Source: a virus (lineage: Duplodnaviria; Heunggongvirae; Uroviricota; Caudoviricetes; Crassvirales). From it: 64,000 bases of DNA. The position numbers were made by a program, and so were the translations under genes. Within the stretch, counting starts at the first letter, position 1, and every line of letters starts with the position of its first letter. Below, one piece after another: positions 37,835 to 48,290 of the stretch. The stretch is from positions 8,322-72,321 of the IMG/VR virus record IMGVR_UViG_3300027816_000067; one strand, given 5' to 3'. Under the pieces are notes generated by a model. That model was not told the DNA's origin. It did no database searches and saw nothing but the letters and a program-made list of their open reading frames with translations.

Positions 37835-39331
37835 ATGGATCAGTATTTAGAATTAGTTCTTAATTGGTTTAAACAATTAGGTATTATTAAAGTACATGAA
37901 GATAAATTAAAACGTCAACTATCTATAATAACTAATTGGTTTAAGCATAATGGAATAGGAGTTCTAGAAGCTGTAACTGGTTTTGGAAAAACGATGGTTG
38001 CAATTATTACAATTTATCGTTTAAATTTAAAATATCCTGATGCTAAAATCAATATTGTTGTTCCATCTATTAAATTATTAAAAGATTGGGAAGATAATGT
38101 TGAAACTTTTAAATTAAAAAATGTATCTGTTTATGTTGTAAATACTTATGTATTACAATATCAATCTCGTCAAACAAATTGGGAATGTGATTTATTAGTA
38201 TGTGATGAAGTTCATAATTATCTTTCTGATGATGCTTTAATGTTTAACCAAACAATTAAGTGTACTAAATTTAAAATGTTTTTAGGTTTATCAGCTACTT
38301 TAGATGATAAAGAGAAAAATGTTCTAGAAAGATTACAAATACCAATTATTGATAAAGTAACATTAAGTGAAGCGAAAAGATTTAATTATATTTCTGATTA
38401 TATTGTATATAATATAGGTATAGAATTAAATCCAGAAGAGTCTGAAAAATATGCTAGGCTTAATGATATTCATAACTCTAATTACTCTAAATTTAATTTT
38501 CATAATAACGGAGAACATAATTGGGAATTAGCTCAAGCTTGTTCTGTTGGTGCAAGTAATTATGCAAAAGTTAATGGAGTTTGGAAAACAGGTGCAGAAT
38601 GGAGAAGCTGGTATGCTCAAGAACAAGGTTGGAATAAAGAAGCAGATCATCCGTGGAGTCCACAAAATATTGCTAAATATGCAAATCAGTGGTCTTGGGC
38701 AATGAGAAATAGAAAAGATTTCTTATATAAACATAATAGTAAAATTGATAAAGCTATTGAAATTATTAATTTACTTAATGTATCAACTATTACATTTGCA
38801 GAAACAACGGAATTTGCAGATGAATTAGCCACTAGGTTAGGAGATAAGGCCAGAGCATATCATACTAATTTAAAACCAGGATTTGAAAAAGAAGAAGTAA
38901 TTGTTTATCGTAAACAATTAACAGCAGCTAAAAAACTTGCTCTTCAATATAATGGTAAGATAGGTAATTTTGAAGAAATAAAAGGTTATCCTATTAAATA
39001 TTATAAAGAAAAGAAGATCAGTGCTATTAAATTACGTAAAATAGCTTTATCTCTTTTTGAGAATAAGGAAATTACTACTTTATGTACCGCAAAAGCTTTA
39101 GATGAAGGACTTAATATTGAAGGTATTGAATGTGCGATTATATGCAGCGCTTCTAGCAAAAAGAGACAATATGTTCAACGAATGGGGCGCGGTCTTCGTT
39201 TTATAGAAGGTAAAGTTGCTAAAATTGTAAATCTTTATATTAAAAATACTCAAGATGAAGCTTGGTTAAAGAAGCGTCAAAAAGGAGATATTAATGTTCG
39301 TTGGATTGAGAATTTAACCGATATATTATGA
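37835..39331 (+). CDS. SF2 (DEAH-type) helicase
   Basis: 498 aa. Motif I AVTGFGKT, motif II LLVCDEVHNY, motif VI QRMGRGLR. Confidence 0.75.
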   Translation: MDQYLELVLNWFKQLGIIKVHEDKLKRQLSIITNWFKHNGIGVLEAVTGFGKTMVAIITIYRLNLKYPDAKINIVVPSIKLLKDWEDNVETFKLKNVSVYVVNTYVLQYQSRQTNWECDLLVCDEVHNYLSDDALMFNQTIKCTKFKMFLGLSATLDDKEKNVLERLQIPIIDKVTLSEAKRFNYISDYIVYNIGIELNPEESEKYARLNDIHNSNYSKFNFHNNGEHNWELAQACSVGASNYAKVNGVWKTGAEWRSWYAQEQGWNKEADHPWSPQNIAKYANQWSWAMRNRKDFLYKHNSKIDKAIEIINLLNVSTITFAETTEFADELATRLGDKARAYHTNLKPGFEKEEVIVYRKQLTAAKKLALQYNGKIGNFEEIKGYPIKYYKEKKISAIKLRKIALSLFENKEITTLCTAKALDEGLNIEGIECAIICSASSKKRQYVQRMGRGLRFIEGKVAKIVNLYIKNTQDEAWLKKRQKGDINVRWIENLTDIL

Positions 39332-39561
39332 ATATAAATAAAGAATTACTTACTACAAGATTATCTATTTTAATGGGTAGAGAATCTTTAAATTTTCTAA
39401 CTCCAACTTCTATTTATAAGCAAAAACTTCAAGAATATTTTAATACATCTTATACTAATAAAGATATTATAGATGGATTACATGAAATAGAAGAAGCTTA
39501 TATTGTAGAAGAGCATAAAAAAGAAATATTTAGTGCAGAAATAGAAGAAGATTTTGTATGA
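39328..39561 (+). CDS. Hypothetical small protein
   Basis: 77-aa ORF. Confidence 0.4.
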   Translation: MNINKELLTTRLSILMGRESLNFLTPTSIYKQKLQEYFNTSYTNKDIIDGLHEIEEAYIVEEHKKEIFSAEIEEDFV

Positions 39562-40121
39562 TAGCAGACATTAATAAATATGTTAATTTTCTTACAGAAA
39601 ATCATTTGAGTGAGAATCATTTTCTTATTCTTTGGTTAGTTTATACAAAAGATGTTGAAAATATTAAAAAGTATAAACAAACTTTTGGTGATTTTGACGT
39701 TAATGCAATTCAGTATTTAATAGATTATGGATGGCTTGATGATTTTGGGATAGCTTCTCAAAATAGAGATTATATGATAACTGATTTTCTTGTATCAGAT
39801 AGATTTATTAAGCGAATAGTTATTGATGAAGAAGATAGTTATGAAGAATTGTGTCAAGTCTATCCAAAATGGTTACTTATAAATGGTTCTAAGGTTCCTG
39901 CAATAACTGGTGATCCAGTTAAAATAGCTAAAGATTATTTAAAATGTCATAAAAAGAATAGAATTGCCCATGAGAGAGTAATTAATATTACTAAAAATTG
40001 GTTTAAGTCTAAGCCTTATGCACAAGAAAAAATAGAGAACTATATTTTAAATAGAAGATGGAATCTTTATGAAGAAGAATTAACTAAAGGTTCTAAAGAA
40101 AATATATTCCAAACATTATGA
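39558..40121 (+). CDS. Hypothetical protein
   Basis: 187-aa ORF. Confidence 0.5.
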   Translation: MIADINKYVNFLTENHLSENHFLILWLVYTKDVENIKKYKQTFGDFDVNAIQYLIDYGWLDDFGIASQNRDYMITDFLVSDRFIKRIVIDEEDSYEELCQVYPKWLLINGSKVPAITGDPVKIAKDYLKCHKKNRIAHERVINITKNWFKSKPYAQEKIENYILNRRWNLYEEELTKGSKENIFQTL

Positions 40122-41230
40122 ATTATTTCGATGGTTTTCTTCAAGATGTTGAAGATGGTTTAGCTGGTAGAAACTATGGTTTAAGTACAGGTAGTGCTAA
40201 ATTAGATGGTTTAATAGGAGGTGTTCAAAGAGGTACTTATTATCTTATTGGTGGAAATACTGGAACAGGTAAAACTGCTTTTGCGGATTTTGCTTTCGTT
40301 TTATCACCATATAAAAATTATTTACATAATGTAATATCTTCTAATTATAGAGAAGGTCCACTTATTAAATATCGAGTATTTTATTATTCACAAGAAATTG
40401 CTGCTAAAAGAAAAATAGCTAAATGGGTATGTTTATTAATGTTTGAGAGACATCAAATAATCATAGATATTAATGAAGTTTATTCTCGTAGAAGTCAATT
40501 AAGTGAAGAAAAATACGAGATGATAAAAATGTGTAGAGATTACATAGAAAAAATGATGGACTGGGTTCATATTTTTGATAGACCTATAAATCCTTATGGT
40601 ATTTATAAAGAAGTATCAGAATATATGGAACGTAATGGTACTACTAAAGAAATCATCAAAAATGTAAGAGGTCAAGATTTAAAATTTAAAACTTATATTC
40701 CAAATGATTCTTACGAAATTGTTGTTGTAATAGTAGATCATATTGGCCTATTACGTCCTGAAACTATTAGAAATGATAAAGGTGAAATAACTGCTAGTTA
40801 TCGAAACAAAAAAGAAATTATAGATCATGATTCAGAAAATGCAATTACACTTCGTAATTTATATGGTGTTAGTCGTGTATCAATATCTCAATTTAATAGA
40901 GATTTAGCAGATATGGATAGGCGTAGATTTACAGAACTTACGCCTCAACTTGAAGATTTTAAAAATACAGGTAACGCATCTGAAGACGCAGAAGTTGTAA
41001 TGACTTTATTTAATCCTTTACGCTATGGTGAAACAACTTATGCAGGATTAAATGTAGTTAGTTTACAAGGAAGATATAGACCTCTTTCTATCTTAAAAAG
41101 TCGAGATACTAGTGATATGAAAACACTAAATCTTAATTTTTTAGGTGAATGTGGTCATTTTAGAGATTTTCCTAATACTATGTCAGAACATAATTATAGA
41201 GAAGCAAGAGAGTATACTAGATTTACTTAA
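40118..41230 (+). CDS. DnaB-like replicative helicase (RecA-fold C-terminal domain type)
   Basis: 370 aa. Walker A GGNTGTGKTAF, Walker B VVVIVDHIGLL, and SQFNRD matching the DnaB H4 motif SQLNR. Confidence 0.65.
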   Translation: MNYFDGFLQDVEDGLAGRNYGLSTGSAKLDGLIGGVQRGTYYLIGGNTGTGKTAFADFAFVLSPYKNYLHNVISSNYREGPLIKYRVFYYSQEIAAKRKIAKWVCLLMFERHQIIIDINEVYSRRSQLSEEKYEMIKMCRDYIEKMMDWVHIFDRPINPYGIYKEVSEYMERNGTTKEIIKNVRGQDLKFKTYIPNDSYEIVVVIVDHIGLLRPETIRNDKGEITASYRNKKEIIDHDSENAITLRNLYGVSRVSISQFNRDLADMDRRRFTELTPQLEDFKNTGNASEDAEVVMTLFNPLRYGETTYAGLNVVSLQGRYRPLSILKSRDTSDMKTLNLNFLGECGHFRDFPNTMSEHNYREAREYTRFT

Positions 41231-41240
41231 AATAATACAA

Positions 41241-41942
41241 ATGAGTTATAGTTCAGAACTAATAGCAGTAGTTGGACCGACAGGCGGTGGTAAAAGTACT
41301 TCAACAGAAAATTTAAATCCATCTGAGACTTTTTATATTAATTTATCTAATAAACCTTTACCCTTTAGAGGTTGGATGAATAAATATAAACCTTATAGTA
41401 GTAAAACAGAAGAAGGAAAGAAAGGTAACTATTATAACAGTAATATATCTGATGTTATAGTAGCTCTTCTTCAAAATATTAGTGATAATATGCCTCATAT
41501 AAAGTATATTATTATTGATGACTACCAATATCTAATGGCAGATGAATTTATGCGTAGAGCATATGAAAAAGGTTGGGATAAGTATACTGAACTTGCTCGT
41601 CATGCTTACGATATATTAGATAAAAGTAGGAATTTAAGAGCAGATATAAAAGTTTTTGTATTAACACATGATGAAGTTGTAAAGGAAGGTGTTAATCAAA
41701 GACGTAAAATTAAAACTATTGGTAATCTGCTGGACGATAAAATAAGTCTGGAAGGTATGTTTACTTATGTTTTATTTACACACACAGAGAAAGTAGCGGG
41801 TAAAGACGAGCCGGAGTATTATTTTATTACAAATACTGACGGCTATACGACTGCAAAATCTCCCAAAGGTTGCCTTCCTTATAAAATGCCCAACGATTTA
41901 GCAAAAGTGGCGAAAGCTATTGATGCCTATAAGGTAGGGTAA
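41241..41942 (+). CDS. P-loop ATPase, AAA_24/Sak4-like (possible ssDNA-annealing ATPase)
   Basis: Internal ATG at 41241 directly after the previous stop; the track ORF 41145..41942 overlaps upstream in frame. Walker A LIAVVGPTGGGKST. About 230 aa, lying between a DnaB-like gene and an SSB-like gene. Confidence 0.45.
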   Translation: MSYSSELIAVVGPTGGGKSTSTENLNPSETFYINLSNKPLPFRGWMNKYKPYSSKTEEGKKGNYYNSNISDVIVALLQNISDNMPHIKYIIIDDYQYLMADEFMRRAYEKGWDKYTELARHAYDILDKSRNLRADIKVFVLTHDEVVKEGVNQRRKIKTIGNLLDDKISLEGMFTYVLFTHTEKVAGKDEPEYYFITNTDGYTTAKSPKGCLPYKMPNDLAKVAKAIDAYKVG

Positions 41943-42059
41943 AAATAAATTTCATCTTTTACTTGACATAGACAGGTGAAAGAGTGTACCTTTGGTCAAT
42001 AATTTGGACTAAATAAGTCAAAATAAATTTAAACGTTTAATTACTAAAACAAACACAGT

Positions 42060-42635
42060 ATGATTAAGTTTGGAGATTTAGAAGTAGTAGAAAAAACCTT
42101 TACACGTGAAGGTGGTGCAGTAAGAACTCAAGCTTACACAGGTATTAAGTTTCGTAGGTATGAATCAGAGAAAGGTAAGAAAGCAGCCCAAGAAGAAGGA
42201 AAAGAGTTTGTTCCTTTTATGGAAGAGCAATTTGTTATTTCTAACAAAGCTTGGGAACAACTTGGTTTAGAAGAAAATGCGCTTTTACAAACTAAAAAAG
42301 GTAATCAGGTGATTCTGTTATCATTAGCAGATAGTGATAATGTAAAGCCTGCTCCTAAATTCTTGCGTAGGTCTTTTGCTAAAGTAGATGGCGCTCCTCA
42401 AAAGAAAGGTAAAATGTTTTCTAATGAGTTTTTAACTGCTGATTTAGTATCTGCTGGTGTTATTGATGCCACTAAACTTGGTAATCAATACATCGCATTG
42501 CAAGACGTAACTTCTCAAGTTGCTGATCTTCCTTCACACGTAAAAGGTGCTTATATGTTAGTAGTAGATGAGTCTATTGACGCTGCTGCTGCTGAAGAAG
42601 AAGCATCTGCTGATGCAAACAGCAATGAGTTCTAA
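42060..42635 (+). CDS. Putative single-stranded DNA-binding protein (acidic C-terminal tail)
   Basis: 191 aa with C-terminus ...AAAAEEEASADANSNEF, an acidic tail ending in Phe as in T7 gp2.5 and E. coli SSB. Located in the replication module and followed by a terminator. Confidence 0.4.
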   Translation: MIKFGDLEVVEKTFTREGGAVRTQAYTGIKFRRYESEKGKKAAQEEGKEFVPFMEEQFVISNKAWEQLGLEENALLQTKKGNQVILLSLADSDNVKPAPKFLRRSFAKVDGAPQKKGKMFSNEFLTADLVSAGVIDATKLGNQYIALQDVTSQVADLPSHVKGAYMLVVDESIDAAAAEEEASADANSNEF

Positions 42636-42663
42636 GAATTTCTAATTAACCACTAAAACAAAA

Positions 42664-42700
42664 GGGAGAGAGTGATAAATTTCACTCCTCTCTTTTTTAT
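42664..42700 (+). terminator. Intrinsic terminator
   Basis: GGGAGAGAGTGA..TCACTCCTCTC hairpin + T6. Confidence 0.6.
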
Positions 42701-42724
42701 TCTAATTAATTTAAACATAATAAA

Positions 42725-43492
42725 ATGCCGGTAGGTGGTAATAGTTCCGAAAAACAAGTAGTTGGTGGTGTATATACAGGTGTTACTAGCGTAAAAGTAT
42801 CTGTAATTAATCCAACTAAAGAGACACTTATTAGTATGGGTATTAATGCTCAAAAAGAGCCACAGTATTTGACAGAAGAAAATGGTATTAAAAAATTGCG
42901 ATTAGATTTTTATCTATCTCATACAACCACGAATTTAAGTCGAGTTACAAAAGCTTCTTTTTGGTTAGAAAATAAACCTCGTACTAATAAAGATGCAACT
43001 AAAGTTCAATGGGTAAACAAATTTGGTACGTTTGCATGGTCTACTAATGAAACAGATGCACCAAATTATGAATGGTTTAGTAAAGAAGGTGCTCGTCCTG
43101 CATTTGTAGGTGAAGAAGCATTAGTAGGCTTTATTAAAGCATGGGCTAACGTAGAACAAAGTAGTCAAGCAATTCTTGATAATATGGCTGCGTTATTTGA
43201 AGGTAATATTAAAGAATTAACTGATACACATAATGCTCTTAAAAATAATACAGTTCGTGCATTATTAGGAGCACAAGATGGTAAGTATCAAGCTGTTTAT
43301 ACTAAATTCTTTCAACGTTCTTATCAATTAAGCCTTGATCCTTGGAAAAAAGCATTAGAAGCTGATTATGGAGATTTTAAAGCAGATTATCAAAATGATC
43401 TCGCATTTAAACCATATGTAGGTTCTACTGCTGTAGCAGGTGATAAACCCGCAGATTTGAGTGTTCCAGCAGGAGCAAATATAGAGTTTTAA
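42725..43492 (+). CDS. Hypothetical protein, transcriptionally insulated (terminators on both sides)
   Basis: 255-aa ORF; also ends in ...ANIEF. Confidence 0.55.
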   Translation: MPVGGNSSEKQVVGGVYTGVTSVKVSVINPTKETLISMGINAQKEPQYLTEENGIKKLRLDFYLSHTTTNLSRVTKASFWLENKPRTNKDATKVQWVNKFGTFAWSTNETDAPNYEWFSKEGARPAFVGEEALVGFIKAWANVEQSSQAILDNMAALFEGNIKELTDTHNALKNNTVRALLGAQDGKYQAVYTKFFQRSYQLSLDPWKKALEADYGDFKADYQNDLAFKPYVGSTAVAGDKPADLSVPAGANIEF

Positions 43493-43509
43493 TTACTTCT
43501 AAATCTAAA

Positions 43510-43540
43510 GGGAGAGCAGCAATGTTCTCCCTTTTTTATT
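43510..43540 (+). terminator. Intrinsic terminator
   Basis: GGGAGAGCAGCAATGTTCTCCC hairpin + T6. Confidence 0.6.
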
Positions 43541-43640
43541 TTTATGATACTAAGGAATAAGCTAGAAAAAATATTACAAAAACATAATACAAGATCGTCT
43601 GATCCTGAAAATCTTCGTAAAGATATAATTAAACTTATAT

Positions 43641-44684
43641 ATGCCCATCGAACCAGGAATACCTCTAAGAAGAGACGAGATTTTAAAACGGATAACAGAA
43701 GAACAGATATTTGAAAAATATCTTGGTATGCCAGTAGACGATAGTGTTACTTACATAAATCCTCTGCGATTAGATAAACGTGCAGGTTGTAGATTTTATA
43801 GAGCAAGTAATAATAGAATCTATTTTAAAGATTTTAGTAAAAAATATCACTGGGATTGTTTTAATGTTGTTCAGTTTATTAATAATAATTGCTCTTTTAC
43901 AGATGCAATGCGTATTATTATTAAGGATTTTAAACTTAATACAATAAATGCTCAATACGATATTACTCCACAAGAGTTTAAAAAGTTTAGATCGAGAATA
44001 CAAATTGCAACTAGAAGTTGGGATTTACAAGATGTTCAATATTGGAATCAATATAGTTTAGATATTTCTAGGCTTACAGATTATAGAGTTTATCCATGTA
44101 AAGCTATTTGGCTTAATGGAGATTATTACAGATGTAAACCAAATGATCCTTGTTATGCTTATTATTTTGGTAAAATTGATGGTATTGATATAATTAAACT
44201 TTATTTTCCTTTTAGAAAAGAAAATAGATTTTTTCAAAATTCTATTAAAGATGATAATCTTTTACAAGGTGAAAGCTACTTAAAGTATCAATCTAATACT
44301 TTAGTTCTTACTAAAAGCTATAAAGATGTTATGTGTTTTGATTTATTTAATCTAGATAGTGTTGCTCCTACTAGTGAATATCAAATACTTACACAAAGTC
44401 AAGTAGATTATTTTAAAACTAAATACCGGAATATTGTTTGTGTTGCAGATCATGATGATACTGGAAGACAATTTGCTTTAGAACATTGGAGAAAATATAA
44501 TATTCCTTATTATGTGTTTCCTTGGACTATGGGTAAAGATTTATCTGATAATATAAAGCTATATAAAATTGATAAAGTTAAACAAATTATAAATGAAACC
44601 AATGGAATCAAATTTTTATTAAACTTTTTGCGCGATGGAAAAACTAACAGTAGAAGACTTACAAGGGATTGCAACATTCCTTGA
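43641..44684 (+). CDS. DNA primase (zinc-finger + TOPRIM)
   Basis: 347 aa. N-terminal Cys/His cluster (RAGCRFY...HWDC). TOPRIM-like acidic motif CVADHDDTGRQFA (DxDxxG). Confidence 0.55.
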   Translation: MPIEPGIPLRRDEILKRITEEQIFEKYLGMPVDDSVTYINPLRLDKRAGCRFYRASNNRIYFKDFSKKYHWDCFNVVQFINNNCSFTDAMRIIIKDFKLNTINAQYDITPQEFKKFRSRIQIATRSWDLQDVQYWNQYSLDISRLTDYRVYPCKAIWLNGDYYRCKPNDPCYAYYFGKIDGIDIIKLYFPFRKENRFFQNSIKDDNLLQGESYLKYQSNTLVLTKSYKDVMCFDLFNLDSVAPTSEYQILTQSQVDYFKTKYRNIVCVADHDDTGRQFALEHWRKYNIPYYVFPWTMGKDLSDNIKLYKIDKVKQIINETNGIKFLLNFLRDGKTNSRRLTRDCNIP

Positions 44685-44940
44685 AGTAAAGGCAGGAATT
44701 AAAATAATGGTAATGCCTAATGAATTTATGAAAGAAGGTGTTGCTTTCTTATTGATGAACTCAAAAGATGTTGAAAATATGAAGGAGATTTTTGAAGCCG
44801 TGAAACCACTCAAGTTAGTTGAGTGCGTTGGCAAGTATTACCGTGGCAGGTGGGCGGGTTTTTGGTGTATAGATAGATCAGACCCACAATGCTCAAAACA
44901 ATGTGGGTACTGCCAAGATAATGACCCCAACTGTGCGTAG
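44635..44940 (+). CDS. Cys-rich hypothetical protein
   Basis: 101 aa; C-terminus CIDRSDPQCSKQCGYCQDNDPNCA. Confidence 0.4.
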   Translation: MEKLTVEDLQGIATFLEVKAGIKIMVMPNEFMKEGVAFLLMNSKDVENMKEIFEAVKPLKLVECVGKYYRGRWAGFWCIDRSDPQCSKQCGYCQDNDPNCA

Positions 44941-45009
44941 GCTTCCATGCCAGACCAGAAAATATGGTATTAGACAATAATTAATGTATATACTACTAAC
45001 TAATCATGT

Positions 45010-45735
45010 ATGGAGAGTGCAGGCAATAATGTAATTAAACCTTTTGTTCCTAATGTAAGATTAATTTATAGTGTTACTATTCCTAATTATATTAGAAAAG
45101 TAAAACTTTCGGATGCTAGACGTGCAAAGTATTATACTTTTCCAAAAGATGAAAGTGTTAAAACTACAAAGAAAAAGTTTAATAGTAATAGGTATCAATG
45201 GAGAGAATATACTTCTTCTACAAAAAAGAAAGAAATAAGATTATTTGATACTGCAACTAATGAGTTTGTAGTTAAGAATACAAGAACAGCAGGTACAGAA
45301 AAATGGGAAGTAATTAATGCAGAAAAAGTTTATAATAGAGCATATCACCCTAGTGTTCAAGCTAAAATAGTAAGAGAGATAGGTCAATTCCTTCTCTCTT
45401 TTCTAAAAGCTATGCCAGTAATTAGTCAATTTCCTTTATATGTTCAATGCGAGATACACGATTATAATAACGATAAAATATCTGGTAATATATGGGATGT
45501 AATTAATAGAGGTTATTTATATTGTAAAGTATTTGAAGATATTTTAAAACCTAAAACTGATAAAAATCCTTTAGGTCTAGGGGTTATTCCAGATGATTCA
45601 TATAAATATATAATGTGTCCTGCTCATCCTATATTTTATTCTTTAGGAGAAAAAAGAAAAGTGTTTACAGAAGAAATGGATTCTTTTCTTGATCCTGAAC
45701 CTAAATTAGTATTTAATATTTATGTATGCCAATAG
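45010..45735 (+). CDS. Hypothetical protein
   Basis: 241-aa ORF. Confidence 0.5.
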   Translation: MESAGNNVIKPFVPNVRLIYSVTIPNYIRKVKLSDARRAKYYTFPKDESVKTTKKKFNSNRYQWREYTSSTKKKEIRLFDTATNEFVVKNTRTAGTEKWEVINAEKVYNRAYHPSVQAKIVREIGQFLLSFLKAMPVISQFPLYVQCEIHDYNNDKISGNIWDVINRGYLYCKVFEDILKPKTDKNPLGLGVIPDDSYKYIMCPAHPIFYSLGEKRKVFTEEMDSFLDPEPKLVFNIYVCQ

Positions 45736-45971
45736 CAGGTAGACCCACAGACTTAACATATGAAGCTAAAATTGAACGTGTTTTAAATGTAATAAATAAG
45801 CTTCATAGTGAATCAGATAGACATTTTATAAGAACCTTTATTTTTGATTTAGGTTATCAATATATAGTAAAGTCCAAAGAGTTAGATAAGTTTGTTAGGC
45901 CAGAAATAGAAGCATTAGATAGAAGAGCGATAACAAATATATTAAGAGATTTAGGTTATGATGGATTTTAG
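45726..45971 (+). CDS. Hypothetical small protein
   Basis: 81-aa ORF. Confidence 0.4.
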   Translation: MPIAGRPTDLTYEAKIERVLNVINKLHSESDRHFIRTFIFDLGYQYIVKSKELDKFVRPEIEALDRRAITNILRDLGYDGF

Positions 45972-46225
45972 ATATTTGATAATAGATAAAAACACAGGTA
46001 ATGTAGTTAGATATAATATAGTTCCAGGTTATCTTAATTATAATATCTATAAAGGTATACTTATTCTAATTGATTTAGAAAATTATACTGAATTTGATCC
46101 TAGTACAGAAACATGGAACCAAATTGATCGAGAAGAAAAATAATTTTAAAAATTTTTTATTTTTTAAAATTATTTTTCCAATCAATTTTCATAAATTTAC
46201 ATATTAAAAATTATAAGAAAATATT

Positions 46226-47323
46226 ATGCCTATTGGATATTTAGTTAATAATGGTGATCTTAGTAATCCTATTGTTAGTCAATCTGCTCTTAATCAATTA
46301 GACCCTAATATGGGTGGACACCCTAAAAAGTTTGCTAATTATATAATGCAGTTTGAACCAATAAAGAAAACACCATCTTTAGAAAGAGGGGATTTACTTC
46401 ATAGTTGGATTGAGCATCCTGATGATTTTGTTTTTTCAGAAGTTAATAAACCTGCTGAGAAATTAGCCGATTTTAGTGAATCTTTCTATAAATTATATTG
46501 TAATAAATTATATGAAATTACAGAAGAATTTGCTGAATTTTGTCAAGGCGATATGCAACTTGAAGCAGAGGATTATTTTATTGTAAATGATCTATTTAAA
46601 GATTTAAATCAACGATCTCCTGAAAAAGATGAAGTAAAATTATTAGTTTATAGTATATTTTATGCTCGTAAGCAAGCAGAATATGATAAAAGATTAGTAC
46701 CCTCAACAGTAATTAAAAAATTTAAAGAATGTTTACCATATATTAAGTTTTTAGTATCTGCTACAGGAAAGATTGCTGTTACAGGAGAGACAAAAAAGAT
46801 TCTTATAAATTGTTATGAGTCTTTACGACAACATCCAACTGCAAAGATGATGTTATTTGATAATCTTCTTAATACTACAAGAAGAAAAGAGTTAGAATTA
46901 TTCTGGGATGAAAGAACAGAAGTAGAAGAAAATCTATATATTGATATTAAAAGAAAAGCAAAATTAGACAATATTCTAAAAACTGAAAATACTATTATAA
47001 TTAGTGATTTAAAAACTACGTCACATAATGTTGGAGACTTCAAAGAAGGAGCTTTTAAAGAATGGAATCTGGGTCGGCAGTTGATAAGTTATGGTGTTGG
47101 TTACAATGCAGTTACTCAAAATCAAAAACAAATAATTTATCGTAACATAGTAGTTGAAACAAAAGAACCTTATACAACTGCTATTTATCAAATGAGTTTT
47201 GATAGTATATTAAGCGCTAAGAGAAGTTATAATGAAATTATGAAAAGATTAGCACATCATATTTACTTTCAAAATTGGAATCTTACTAAAGAAGAGTATA
47301 ATGTTGGTTATATTGAATTATGA
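46226..47323 (+). CDS. Hypothetical protein (possible PD-(D/E)xK-type nuclease, weak)
   Basis: 365 aa. IIISDLKTT resembles the hhhDxK core motif, with an acidic residue in LYIDIKRK upstream. Motif-level only. Confidence 0.45.
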   Translation: MPIGYLVNNGDLSNPIVSQSALNQLDPNMGGHPKKFANYIMQFEPIKKTPSLERGDLLHSWIEHPDDFVFSEVNKPAEKLADFSESFYKLYCNKLYEITEEFAEFCQGDMQLEAEDYFIVNDLFKDLNQRSPEKDEVKLLVYSIFYARKQAEYDKRLVPSTVIKKFKECLPYIKFLVSATGKIAVTGETKKILINCYESLRQHPTAKMMLFDNLLNTTRRKELELFWDERTEVEENLYIDIKRKAKLDNILKTENTIIISDLKTTSHNVGDFKEGAFKEWNLGRQLISYGVGYNAVTQNQKQIIYRNIVVETKEPYTTAIYQMSFDSILSAKRSYNEIMKRLAHHIYFQNWNLTKEEYNVGYIEL

Positions 47324-47706
47324 AGTTAAAATCTGAAGAAATTAAAAAAGTTAAGTATTCTAAAGATGAATTAGTTAAACTTTTTTGTAAAGAATTTAGT
47401 TATTTTAATGTTAACTCTAATATTATAAGAGGTGTTAAATTTAATTCTGCTAATGGATTTTACGATTTTGTTAAGAAAAAAACTTTTACTTTAGAAGAGT
47501 TAAATTATTATAGATCACTTTTAGATTTTCATTATCGTTTGAATATTCCTATTACTGCTGTAGCAAAGGTTCATAATCATATTGAAAAAATTAGTTGGCG
47601 ACTAGTACAGCTTACTGAAAAAAAAATATTTGATAGTATGAGAAGTTGTGATTATACAGAAGAACAAATTAATAAAATAAAAAAATATGTCACAAATAAA
47701 GATTGA
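47320..47706 (+). CDS. Hypothetical protein
   Basis: 128-aa ORF. Confidence 0.45.
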   Translation: MKLKSEEIKKVKYSKDELVKLFCKEFSYFNVNSNIIRGVKFNSANGFYDFVKKKTFTLEELNYYRSLLDFHYRLNIPITAVAKVHNHIEKISWRLVQLTEKKIFDSMRSCDYTEEQINKIKKYVTNKD

Positions 47707-48046
47707 AGCAAATAATATTCAAATTGTATCTCCTGATAATAAAGTATTTTTTAGTACTTTATATGATTTAGGATTGTTTCTTCCGTATATACGCTCTAAA
47801 ACAGTTGATGTAACTAAATCATTTATAGAAACGCAAACTGGAAAAGTTTTAATAGATCGTAGAGAGCAAAAATTTAATAAAAAGGATCATAGTGAATACG
47901 TAAATGCAAAAGTAACTATTAAAGAAATTGCATTAGGAAATTCAGATGGTTTAGATAAGATTGCTGAAAATCTTGAAAATGGTAAAACTGTTACTATTAA
48001 TGATTGGAAATTAAAAGTAGTACAATATGATAGGATTAAAAGATAA
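47687..48046 (+). CDS. Hypothetical protein
   Basis: 119-aa ORF. Confidence 0.45.
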   Translation: MSQIKIEANNIQIVSPDNKVFFSTLYDLGLFLPYIRSKTVDVTKSFIETQTGKVLIDRREQKFNKKDHSEYVNAKVTIKEIALGNSDGLDKIAENLENGKTVTINDWKLKVVQYDRIKR

Positions 48047-48290
48047 AGTTACATTATTTGTAACTGCTTTTGTTCAAGTAACTTTTGTAGCTATGAGTTC
48101 TGTCAGTATTATTAACAACAGTCTTATTATGATTGGTGTTACTGGATTTATGATTTCATTTATTTGGACACTCAATGTTAAAAAAGTTGCTTTTGGTAAT
48201 ACAAGAGATAGGTTTATTTACGCAATAGGTGCTATGTTAGGCACCTATTGCGGTTATTTTTTAAGTAAATATTTAATCACAATTATATGA
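48027..48290 (+). CDS. Small membrane protein
   Basis: 87 aa, two hydrophobic helices. Confidence 0.4.
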   Translation: MIGLKDKVTLFVTAFVQVTFVAMSSVSIINNSLIMIGVTGFMISFIWTLNVKKVAFGNTRDRFIYAIGAMLGTYCGYFLSKYLITII

